Assembly (NCBI GenBank): GCA_038046765.1
Contig: JBBSVN010000008.1
Span: 1-60,576, forward strand
Length of the DNA: 60,576 bases
Direction: 5' to 3'
Origin: Candidatus Micrarchaeota archaeon
GTDB lineage: Archaea > Micrarchaeota > Micrarchaeia > Anstonellales > Bilamarchaeaceae
The notes below the pieces were generated by a model. The model ran no database searches and was not told the origin of the DNA. It worked only from the letters and a program-made list of their open reading frames with translations. The position numbers were made by a program, and so were the translations under genes. Numbering within the stretch: the stretch's first letter is position 1; the number at the start of each line of letters is the position of its first letter. Shown in pieces: positions 49,126-57,984 of the stretch.

Positions 49126-49665
49126 ATGAAAAACACTCGCAAAATAACTAAAGAAAAATGCTATAAAGGTCAATACTTTAGTTTTGACGCAATAATTGCA
49201 ACCGTAATTTTTGTCATCGCACTAGTTTCATTGCTTTCATATTGGAACGCTACAAAAAACAGTTTTGAGTTACAATCAAATGAATTATCTCAAGAGGCAT
49301 TTAGAGTGAGCAATGTTTTACTTTCGCCAGGATATCCTGCTAATTCAGTTTGCAGTTCTCAATCGCAAGTCGGTTTTGGGAAATCAATTTCAGATAAGGT
49401 TCTGATGCTTTCTAAAATCGAGTGTGTAAGGTCACTTGCATCGGATACGGTTAAGCGTTCACTTTCAACTGGTTTTGGTGTTAGCGTTTATATGGATGAT
49501 AAACTTGTTTCTGGAGAAGATTTAGCAACTGGTGCTATTTCAAGCAGGTATTCAAACATTGAGCGTGTGCGAAGAGTTGTTTCTGTTTTAGATGATTTTT
49601 ATCCCGCTAGTCCTTTTTATAATACTGCGAATGTAAGCGCGATAGATATTTATGTTTATAGGTAA
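49126..49665 (+). CDS. Class III signal peptide pilin-like protein
   Basis: KG|QYFSFD followed by a hydrophobic helix. Confidence 0.75.
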   Translation: MKNTRKITKEKCYKGQYFSFDAIIATVIFVIALVSLLSYWNATKNSFELQSNELSQEAFRVSNVLLSPGYPANSVCSSQSQVGFGKSISDKVLMLSKIECVRSLASDTVKRSLSTGFGVSVYMDDKLVSGEDLATGAISSRYSNIERVRRVVSVLDDFYPASPFYNTANVSAIDIYVYR

Positions 49666-49822
49666 GTTCTCAATTTTATTTCTCGGTTTATTATTCCTTA
49701 CGTAAAAACGTAAGAAAAAGGCTCATTTTCTTACGGAATTAGGTAAGACTTTGGATTCTTGGATATCTGTTACTTTTTCTAGTAAAAGATGTATTTATAA
49801 ATACTTTTGTAGTAACGTAATT

Positions 49823-51379
49823 ATGAATCGGTTAGTTGATCCAAAACAGGGTGCAAAGTCTCAACGAATTACGGGTGAATTTCCTAAAGTCAGTCCTGCC
49901 CTTGACCAATCACAAAGGAAGGTTACTGTGAATGGGAAATCTTACACCGTAGTCCGACAAATAGCAGACACTAATTTTTCAGTTGTTTCACTGGTAGAAG
50001 ACCAAGCAGGCATGAAAAAGGTAGCAAAAGAAATAAAACTTAGTGAAAAAGGATTTAAGGCACATGAACTAGCAGAAAGAGAAGTTACTATTCTTAAAAA
50101 TCTCACACACCCAAACATCGTTAAATTAGAAGATTCTCAAATCGGTTCAGACATGGTAAATCCAATACTTTTATTGGAATATTTAGATGGTCAAACGATA
50201 TCTGAACTAGTTAAAAAAGGGGAACGAATTTCAACAGATAAATTTATTGCATTTTTAGATCAGATGGCAAGTGCAATAGAACATGCACATTCTATGCACC
50301 CTCCGATAATTCACAGGGATATTAAACCAAATAACATAATGGGGGTAGAAGACCGTTATGTGTTACTGGACTGGGGAACGGTTGAAAAAGGAGGAAGTGG
50401 AGGAAATACAACTGTATTTGGAATAGATAATTTTGGTTATATTGACCCTGAACTTCTGCAAGGTCGAAGGGCAACAGTAAAAAGTGATATTTATTCCCTT
50501 GCAGCAGTTTCTTTCTATTTGTTAACTCACATTGAACCAGACCAAAGAAAAGAAGTTCTAAAAGGCGAACTTGGGGATTTAAAACCTGAAGTAAGAACTG
50601 TTTTAGCTAATTCATTAGAACATGATTCAGATAAACGACCTTACGAATCAATTAAGCAATTTAAGGTTGCTTTATCCGCAGCTTTAGGTGAAACTAAAAT
50701 ACACGGAATAAAGATAATTTTGGGAAAGGATAAAACGGAATTTATAGGTCCAAGAGATGTTTTGACAGTTTTTGGTGTAAAAAAACAGATAAAAATTATT
50801 GATGCTGTTTTTGGGTTTGTTGGTACGATGATCGGACTTTATGCTGTAAATGATCTGCGAGCTGCAATCTCTGGTTTCATACTTGGATTATGTGCAAGAA
50901 CTTTAATTGAATTTGTTGGTAAGGCTTATACTTTTACATATCATGCTATTGATAATTCAGATGCTCAAATTAGAAGATTTGTGAAATTATTTACAAATAA
51001 ATTAAAATTAGATTTACCAGAAAAACAAAAACTTCTTGCAGGCAAAACCCAAGACGCGGAAATTCCAGATTCAGTAAAGAGCAGAGAAGCCTTTACTGTC
51101 TCTCCAGCTTCTATCGAATCTGTCAACTGGTCAAAACTAGACTTTGCAAGTGAGGTCATAGTTTTAGATGGAAAATTCACAGCACAGCAGGCAATTGAAG
51201 AAACAAGAAAACAGGACATGATTATTTTACCCGACAAAGTTTTCCAGGTTATTTTCGAAAATCCTAATTTAAGAGAAAAGTACAAATCAGTATTTCCATG
51301 CTGGGTCGCAAAGAACGAAGATCCTCCTGGGGCATATTCTGGCCTTTTGGTTAGCGTTGGTGGCTACTACAATGGTTGA
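49823..51379 (+). CDS. Hanks-type Ser/Thr protein kinase with TM segments and C-terminal domain
   Basis: VAKE, E..ILKNL.HPNIV, HRDIKPNN, DWG, YIDPE, SDIYSL; two hydrophobic helices; TTTATAA upstream of ATG 49823. Confidence 0.9.
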   Translation: MNRLVDPKQGAKSQRITGEFPKVSPALDQSQRKVTVNGKSYTVVRQIADTNFSVVSLVEDQAGMKKVAKEIKLSEKGFKAHELAEREVTILKNLTHPNIVKLEDSQIGSDMVNPILLLEYLDGQTISELVKKGERISTDKFIAFLDQMASAIEHAHSMHPPIIHRDIKPNNIMGVEDRYVLLDWGTVEKGGSGGNTTVFGIDNFGYIDPELLQGRRATVKSDIYSLAAVSFYLLTHIEPDQRKEVLKGELGDLKPEVRTVLANSLEHDSDKRPYESIKQFKVALSAALGETKIHGIKIILGKDKTEFIGPRDVLTVFGVKKQIKIIDAVFGFVGTMIGLYAVNDLRAAISGFILGLCARTLIEFVGKAYTFTYHAIDNSDAQIRRFVKLFTNKLKLDLPEKQKLLAGKTQDAEIPDSVKSREAFTVSPASIESVNWSKLDFASEVIVLDGKFTAQQAIEETRKQDMIILPDKVFQVIFENPNLREKYKSVFPCWVAKNEDPPGAYSGLLVSVGGYYNG

Positions 51380-51400
51380 TTCCTTTTTGGGGATACCAAT

Positions 51401-51937
51401 ATGTTTGATTTTTTCGGGGTAGCATGCATCTCACGCGAAACATACGAAAAATTAAAAGTAAAAGAAACAATCGAAGAAAATCAAGTTGAAGAACTTGCCA
51501 GATATGCCGCAAAGAAATTTATTTATTTTACAGCACACTCTGCTGCTCAAATAAACTTTGAATATGAATTTAGAGAAATTGAAAAAAAGTTACTCTTAAA
51601 AAAAGATTGGAGCCAGGCAATACAAACATTTTCACGTGCTGAAGGTCATCCAATACTTAATGAACGGGGTATTCTTAAAGCTACCAATTATCTTACTCCA
51701 AGTGAACTATCAAAACTTAATAATTTTTCTTTGATCTGGCTACTAGATGATATAAAAAATTTCTTACTTACTAGCACAAATGATCCGCGTCTTTTAACCC
51801 ATGTTACTTTGGTTGATAAAACAGCACATCCTTTTACGGATCAACAAAAATATGAATTACTAATGGAGTTTTATTCTGACCCAAGTATAATAAGAAAATT
51901 CTTAGAAGCTGCAAAAGAATTTAATGAACAATCCTAA
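51401..51937 (+). CDS. In-frame continuation of the kinase ORF beyond a TGA (or a separate hypothetical protein)
   Basis: Same frame as the kinase; only the TGA at 51377-51379 separates them. Confidence 0.55.
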   Translation: MFDFFGVACISRETYEKLKVKETIEENQVEELARYAAKKFIYFTAHSAAQINFEYEFREIEKKLLLKKDWSQAIQTFSRAEGHPILNERGILKATNYLTPSELSKLNNFSLIWLLDDIKNFLLTSTNDPRLLTHVTLVDKTAHPFTDQQKYELLMEFYSDPSIIRKFLEAAKEFNEQS

Positions 51938-51993
51938 CCTTGGCAAACCCTGGCAGAGACTACTTTGCCAATGTCTGCCAGCATTACCTTTGT

Positions 51994-53337
51994 TTAAATT
52001 AATTCTCCAAATAAACTTCCGTAATTACTTTTAATAATTTTAACTTTACAAAATTCGCCTAGTTCTCCAGTAAAATCCTTGACTACGACCTGTTTGTAAT
52101 TAATGTTCCTACCTGTGTAATCCTTGTTCTTTCCATCTTGCTTTTCGGTTATCAAAACTTCGTATTCTTGACCAACAAATCTCTCATTTTTCCTTTCAAC
52201 AATTTCTAAAACAAGTTTAGTTAAAAGTGCGCTTCTTCGCTTTACTTCTTTATTGTCGATTGCCTTTAGTAATGCTGCCTTTGTTCCTTTTCTAGATGAA
52301 AACTTTGAAATGTTTACAATATCAAGTTCAAGTTCTTTTATCATTTTATATGTATCTTCAAAATCCTCTTCTGTTTCAGTTGGGTAACCAACAATAATAT
52401 CTGTTGCAATCGTTACATCTGGACTTTCTTTTCTAATTGATTTTATAATTTCTATAAAATCAGCGACCGTATGGTCACGGTTCATTTCTTTGCAAACCTT
52501 TTCGCTACCGCTTTGAACTGGGACGTGTATAAATTTGTAAAACCGTTCGCCTTTAAGTTCGTTAATTATTTTATCCTTCATCCTCTGGATATGGTCTGGG
52601 TTTGCCATTCCAAGACGAACGTAAAATCTTTCTTTTGTGTGTTCGAGAAGATGATTCTTCTCGACATGGATCGAGACCGGCAAATTTCCTGGTCTGGGTA
52701 TATCTATATTATTTATTTTTTCCATTAGAAATCCTAAGTTAGTTTTAATATCTGCTCCATATGCTCCAGCATCCATGCTTGTCATTTGCACTTCTTTTGC
52801 ACCATGTTCTACTGCATGACGTATTGCATAAATTACGCCATCAACTGAAAAACTTCGAAGCCTTGGTCTTGCTAATTTAGTCTGGCAAAAATTACAAAAA
52901 CTTAAACATCCTTCGCTTATTGGTAAACGCAATATTGGCGCGCTAAAAAACTTCGGCAATCCTTCTTTTTTTAGTGAATCGCGAAATTCTAATGGTTCGT
53001 TCCTAAAAGCTGCATCAACTGCTAAATCAATTTTTGATATTGCACCCGCCCAGACGATTGGAGAAAAAGGTAAGTTCTTTCGTATTTTGGCAGTATTAAC
53101 GCTTAAGCATCCAGCCACAACTACCTTTTTTCCTTGCGTTTTAAGTTCGCGCATTTTTTGCAAGATTCGGCTTTCTGTTGCGCCTTTTACTGTGCACGTA
53201 TTAAGTATAATCAGTTCGCTATCGGTTTCACTCTGGCTTATCTCATATCCTTTTTCATAAAGGATTCCTTTCATCATGTCGCTATCTGCCTGGTTAAGAG
53301 TACAGCCATACGTTAGTATAAAAACAGATTTTTTCAT
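51994..53337 (-). CDS. mtaB: tRNA t6A methylthiotransferase (MtaB/CDKAL1-like) with a roughly 20-aa palindrome-encoded insert
   Basis: TYGC..N..DS, LNTCTV, EGCLSFCNFC, HVPVQSGS, TDIIVGYP.ET, TRAM domain. Confidence 0.9.
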   Translation of the reverse strand: MKKSVFILTYGCTLNQADSDMMKGILYEKGYEISQSETDSELIILNTCTVKGATESRILQKMRELKTQGKKVVVAGCLSVNTAKIRKNLPFSPIVWAGAISKIDLAVDAAFRNEPLEFRDSLKKEGLPKFFSAPILRLPISEGCLSFCNFCQTKLARPRLRSFSVDGVIYAIRHAVEHGAKEVQMTSMDAGAYGADIKTNLGFLMEKINNIDIPRPGNLPVSIHVEKNHLLEHTKERFYVRLGMANPDHIQRMKDKIINELKGERFYKFIHVPVQSGSEKVCKEMNRDHTVADFIEIIKSIRKESPDVTIATDIIVGYPTETEEDFEDTYKMIKELELDIVNISKFSSRKGTKAALLKAIDNKEVKRRSALLTKLVLEIVERKNERFVGQEYEVLITEKQDGKNKDYTGRNINYKQVVVKDFTGELGEFCKVKIIKSNYGSLFGELI

Positions 53338-53402
53338 AAGAAAACCTAAAAAATAAATAAAAATAATAAATTATAAAATAAAGAAAAATAAAAAAATTAT
53401 TC

Positions 53403-54803
53403 TTACTTTGCCTTAGTCATTATTTCGATGTTATCTGGCACTTTATTTACATTACCAATCTTTACACCAAGTAATGTCTTAACTCCTTTATTTGCTGCCA
53501 AATCAACTAATCTTTGAGTAATTATTCCATCAAAGACAATCGCTTCAACATCTCTCATTTCTTCAAGTGCTTTAATCACATCTCGTACTGCTATTTCACC
53601 AATTCGCTCGAATCTGCTGTTATAAAATCTTGCGCGTAAGGTGTTGTTTAATTCTTCAAGTTCCTTCATCAAGTCGTTTTTTTCAATTTTCTTTAAAGGC
53701 ATTGGTGCTGGAACTGGTTTTTGCTCTTTATGTTCTTTAGTTTCTCTTGGTTCATAAGCTGGTGTTTGCCTTTGAGGCTCTGCAAATGTCCGCTCTGGTT
53801 GCGTATAAGTCCTTTCTTGAACTGGTGCGTGGTGTGTTTGCTCCTGCATTTTCATTTGCCTAAAGCTTTTTGCCAGTTCCTCTTGTATCGAACGGGGTTC
53901 ATCAGCTGCTTCTAACCTTTTTTCAGGCGCAGAAGAAGTCCTCCTGCGCATCCTTGCTTCGCGGTCTTCTTTTTTGACATCTTCGCTTTGTTCAAACGGA
54001 ACTTTGTTTCTTATGCACTTTATAATCTCCTTTCGCATAAGTTCTTCAACTTCTTTTCCGCTTGGAGCTCTAGCTACAAAGTCGATATCAACTCCGCCTT
54101 GGACTAACTCGTTTAAGATGATATCTCCGCCTCGGTCCCCATCTAAAAATACAGTTACTTCCTTACCTTTTGAAAGTTGTACTATTGTTGGAGGTACCTT
54201 CGCTCCCTGTATTGCGATTACATTCGATATATCATTCTTTAAGAGGTTAATGACATCTGCTCTTCCCTCTACAATAATTATATCCTTTACTTTATCGATA
54301 TTTGGTCCAGCTGGAAGTTTATCCATTCCATACTCGCCAATTTCGGCAGTTTTTACTTCATCCCTTACTACTTCGCTTATTTCTTTACTTTCTGGTATCT
54401 CAGTTACAAGTAAGGTTTTAAGTAATCCTTTTGCCCTTTCAATAAGTATTTTTCTCTTTGAATTTCTAGTATCTTCTATCTTGCCGACCTTTATGCTTGC
54501 TTCGCAAGGACCAACTCGGTCAACAGTTTCTAAAGCTGCTGCAATAATACAGGTTTCAACCATGTCTAAACTGCTTGGGATTTTAATTAATCCTAAACTT
54601 CTTCCTTCTTTACCTGCTAGGTCAACTTCTATTCTTCCTATTCTTCCGTTTTTTTGTAATTCTCTTAAATCCAGTTCGTCTCCGAGTAAACCTTCGGTCT
54701 GACCGAAAATCGCACCCACGACATCAGGTTTTTCAACTAAACCGCCGATATCTACGTTTGCATATACTAAATATTTTACTGTATCAATGTAAGTTTTTGC
54801 CAT
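53403..54803 (-). CDS. dnaG: Archaeal DnaG-like primase (exosome-associated)
   Basis: VEKPDVVGAIFGQTEGLLG, VEGRADV, DGDRGG, FDGIITQRL. Confidence 0.96.
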   Translation of the reverse strand: MAKTYIDTVKYLVYANVDIGGLVEKPDVVGAIFGQTEGLLGDELDLRELQKNGRIGRIEVDLAGKEGRSLGLIKIPSSLDMVETCIIAAALETVDRVGPCEASIKVGKIEDTRNSKRKILIERAKGLLKTLLVTEIPESKEISEVVRDEVKTAEIGEYGMDKLPAGPNIDKVKDIIIVEGRADVINLLKNDISNVIAIQGAKVPPTIVQLSKGKEVTVFLDGDRGGDIILNELVQGGVDIDFVARAPSGKEVEELMRKEIIKCIRNKVPFEQSEDVKKEDREARMRRRTSSAPEKRLEAADEPRSIQEELAKSFRQMKMQEQTHHAPVQERTYTQPERTFAEPQRQTPAYEPRETKEHKEQKPVPAPMPLKKIEKNDLMKELEELNNTLRARFYNSRFERIGEIAVRDVIKALEEMRDVEAIVFDGIITQRLVDLAANKGVKTLLGVKIGNVNKVPDNIEIMTKAK

Positions 54804-55114
54804 TTTTATACACCTCTATTGTTATTCAATTTCTTTGATAAATTTTTCATATTAACTATTTTTTTAAATTCCTTATTCCTTCTTGCACCAGGTTTGTAAT
54901 ATCTTTTTTATGCCTAAGGCAGATACTTTCTTTCCACAAGATCAATATAAGATAAAAATTCAATAACTCTAAGGTAGTTTTTGTACTCTTAGGCTGTTTT
55001 TCCTTGGGAATCAAATATAAAATAAGCAGGAGAACTTTATCCTATGCATTGTTGACTTATCCTTCATAGCTAAATTGCTCGGACAGCCATCCTTGCATAG
55101 TCTAATATTAATAA

Positions 55115-55546
55115 TTATCGTAGTGAAACCCTTTCTTCTATAAGGTCAATTACTGCCGGAAATATTTTCATTATATCATCTTCGCTAATTATTCCGACTA
55201 ATTGATCCTTGTCATTAACAACTGGCAATCTTTTTACTTTGTCTTTTCTCATTGCTTTTGCAGCAACTTCGATACTTGTTGTAGGTAAAACGACTGCGAG
55301 CGGAGTTGACATAATCTTGTCAACTGTTGTCTCGTAAGGGTTTTTTTTGAGCGCAATTATTTTGTGGACGATATCTCGTTCTGTCATTATTCCCTTTGCT
55401 TTGTTGCCATTTTTCTTGTCCACAATGATTAGGCTGCCAATACTGTGTTTTTTCATTAATTTAGCAGCTTCACCGACGTTTGTGCCCATTGAAATTACTA
55501 TGACCTTTTTTGTCATTATGTCTCCTACTTTTAAATCTGATCCCAT
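55115..55546 (-). CDS. CBS-pair protein
   Basis: V.DIMT, GIMTERDI, KRLPVV...LVGIIS. Confidence 0.9.
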   Translation of the reverse strand: MGSDLKVGDIMTKKVIVISMGTNVGEAAKLMKKHSIGSLIIVDKKNGNKAKGIMTERDIVHKIIALKKNPYETTVDKIMSTPLAVVLPTTSIEVAAKAMRKDKVKRLPVVNDKDQLVGIISEDDIMKIFPAVIDLIEERVSLR

Positions 55547-55757
55547 AATAGATAAAACTTAGGAAAAATTTATAAAGTCTTGGTTAATTAGGTCAAAAAC
55601 CTAATTTATATGTTATAAATAGTACCCGATTGTACATAAAAAGGTATCGAAAAGTGCTATTTTTGGGATTTTTACTAAAATCTTTAAGAATTCTTAAAAT
55701 ATCTCATTATTTTACATAAAAGATAACTTAATAAAGCGTTTCGATCATATCTTACTT

Positions 55758-56732
55758 ATGAATCAGATCCCTTCTACGCGTTCCAAAGTTCCAGTACTAT
55801 TCGCATTTGGCGATCATGGTAATTTAAGTCTTCGTTCTGCCGATCGTAAGTTTTTTAGATGCGCGGTTGTTCCGTTCTTAGAAGAAATGGTTTCTGCAGG
55901 CCGAAAAGTTGTCGTCATAAACGAAGCTTTCTTTGGGCAAAGGAGTGATTATGTGAATCCTTTACGTGAGGAGTTTGGGCAGAAAAAAGTCGATCTATTA
56001 GACAAGACGGTTTTAGATGAAGAACCTGCTGCATTAGAAATAATTCAAGCCGCCAAAGAATCCAGATTTACTGCAAATTTTCTATTAGACCAAACTATAA
56101 ATCTGGGCGTTCCTCTTTCAGGAAGGTTAAATTTCGTGGACTTGCAACGCGCGTTTTTAAAATCTATAAAAAAAGGGATGTTCGGGGACTTTGATTCTTC
56201 GATGTTTAAAGAACATTTACAATTTCATCTAAAAGAATTACGGTCATATCTATGGGGGTTTGAAAATGATATCGTCAGATTAAATTCTCCAAATTCATCT
56301 TCAATTCGGACGGTATATGAATCATTTGATCGTTTTGCATTCTTTGAGCTATGGGATTTTGATCGCATCCAAGAACAAATTCACTTGCTTCCTTCTGGTA
56401 GTTCTGTTCCAATTGAATTGCTTGCTGAGCTTGCAATTACTTTTGTAGAAGCAAATTATATTCGAGATTTAGCAGTTAAAAAACTAATTGAAGACCTATC
56501 TGAAAAGGACCCGCGAGTCGCTATCGTAGTTCCTCGAGGAGACGCGCATAGGGAAATGGTCTGTTTATTTGATCATTCGCGTTTTGATATATCTACTAGA
56601 ATCGGTGTTCTTGATAATGAATTTTTTTATGTAAAAGCACTTCTTATGATGGAATTAACCGCAGGAGATACGGATTATGTTCGTAAATTTATTTTTGATT
56701 GGATTGAACGTGGGAAACCATTAATAGTTTAA
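55758..56732 (+). CDS. Hypothetical protein (possible TraB/ChaN-like fold)
   Basis: FGDH, INE, RD and VPRGDAH pattern. Confidence 0.45.
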   Translation: MNQIPSTRSKVPVLFAFGDHGNLSLRSADRKFFRCAVVPFLEEMVSAGRKVVVINEAFFGQRSDYVNPLREEFGQKKVDLLDKTVLDEEPAALEIIQAAKESRFTANFLLDQTINLGVPLSGRLNFVDLQRAFLKSIKKGMFGDFDSSMFKEHLQFHLKELRSYLWGFENDIVRLNSPNSSSIRTVYESFDRFAFFELWDFDRIQEQIHLLPSGSSVPIELLAELAITFVEANYIRDLAVKKLIEDLSEKDPRVAIVVPRGDAHREMVCLFDHSRFDISTRIGVLDNEFFYVKALLMMELTAGDTDYVRKFIFDWIERGKPLIV

Positions 56733-56747
56733 TTGATACTCCTTTTT

Positions 56748-57197
56748 ATGAACTGGAAATCCCATGTTATTATCGGCTGTTTACTTACTCTTGCTATATT
56801 TCTTTTCCTATTTAATATACGCGATTACGCTACGCTAATCGTTCTAACAATATTTGGTGGGTTAAGCGCGCTACTTCCAGACTTGGATCATGATTTAAGT
56901 AAAGGTAGGAAAATACTGAATGTTTTTGTTATACTAGGTTCAATACTTTTCTTTGTATTTTTTTCAAATTCTTATAGTTTACAAAATTCCCTTACATACC
57001 CCTTAGCAGTAGTCGGAATTTATTTTATTCTATTTGCCTTTTTTAAACCAAGACATCGGGGTGTTACGCATTCGATAGTTTTTGCAGTAAGTTATGGTAT
57101 AATTCTGTTCTTCCTAGCCGGAATTGATTTTGCTGTTGCCGGTTTTATCGGGTACTTTTCGCATTTACTGGCTGACGGAATGATAAAAATAATTTAA
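56748..57197 (+). CDS. Membrane metal-dependent hydrolase (YdjM-like)
   Basis: M...SH, LLPDLD, HRGVTHS, SHLLAD. Confidence 0.88.
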   Translation: MNWKSHVIIGCLLTLAIFLFLFNIRDYATLIVLTIFGGLSALLPDLDHDLSKGRKILNVFVILGSILFFVFFSNSYSLQNSLTYPLAVVGIYFILFAFFKPRHRGVTHSIVFAVSYGIILFFLAGIDFAVAGFIGYFSHLLADGMIKII

Positions 57198-57233
57198 ATC
57201 TAGTGGATTCCAACCCGTCTATTTGACTGGTGG

Positions 57234-57799
57234 TGTCGTAAACCTAAACTTTCGCAAACACCTTTTAACTACGTCGGACGAAAAACGAGTTTTCACTAAA
57301 TCACGTTTATGTAGTTGCCACTACATTTGTTATCGACGCAAGCGAAAATCGCTTACGAGAATGCGCGAATTTCAATTTGCGAAATTTGGGTCGTAAACAC
57401 TAGAGGGTTCACGAGCATACTCGTGATGTAGAGAACAGCAACAGCGTTCTCGAACATGTTCGTAATCCATCTGTTGATTACGACATCGTTGCGAAGATCG
57501 TGACATCTGTCAAACTGCTCAAGCGAGGAGGCCGAGCAATGTCGTGAAAACGCTTCTTCGCGACATTTAGAAAAAAGATTCGTCTTTTTTCTAATACTTT
57601 AGATGTCAAGAAGAGGAACACCCTTGTAGAGAAGACCAGAGGGTTTCTCTATCATGATCATGAACCCTGCTGGTGTTCATGACATCTTGATCATGATCGA
57701 GAATCTTTAGAAAGAATCGTCTTTCTAAAGTATTAGAAAAATCATAAAGGATTTTTCTAAATCCCAAAGATTCTCGACAACGACGTTTCGTTCTCAAGA
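57234..57799. mobile_element. Nested cluster of 58-60 bp double-hairpin elements
   Basis: Six reconstructable copies: 57389-57505 contains 57427-57485; 57566-57799 contains 57604-57779, which contains 57625-57684 and 57704-57761; degenerate hairpins lie upstream. Confidence 0.8.
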
Positions 57800-57984
57800 T
57801 GGGGACTCTTTGTTCACATTGATTTTATGGATAAAAAATGTTGGGCTTAAGGTTTTAAATAGTTCGATTATTCTACTTGCTTTAAATCTGATTTTTATAG
57901 TCGTAGTTGGCTTTTTTAAATATTTATTCAAATATTTCCCCTCCAAAATAAAGATTTAAAAAGCTTTTCCTAGTTTATACTGCT

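Noticed and set aside
49697..49731. Overlapping CTTACG/CGTAAG hairpins after the pilin cluster
   Set aside because: Does not fit the 58-bp architecture; probably a terminator-like structure.
51377..51379. Selenocysteine or a TGA-recoded genetic code
   Set aside because: TGA terminates other genes here (for example at 27509 and 42613); no redox motif context and no evident SECIS.
57606..57797. 63-aa minus-strand ORF
   Set aside because: Lies wholly within the nested palindromic elements; a chance open frame.
57234..57799. CRISPR array
   Set aside because: No identical direct repeats at regular spacing and no cas genes; the units are nested and their inner arms are self-complementary.
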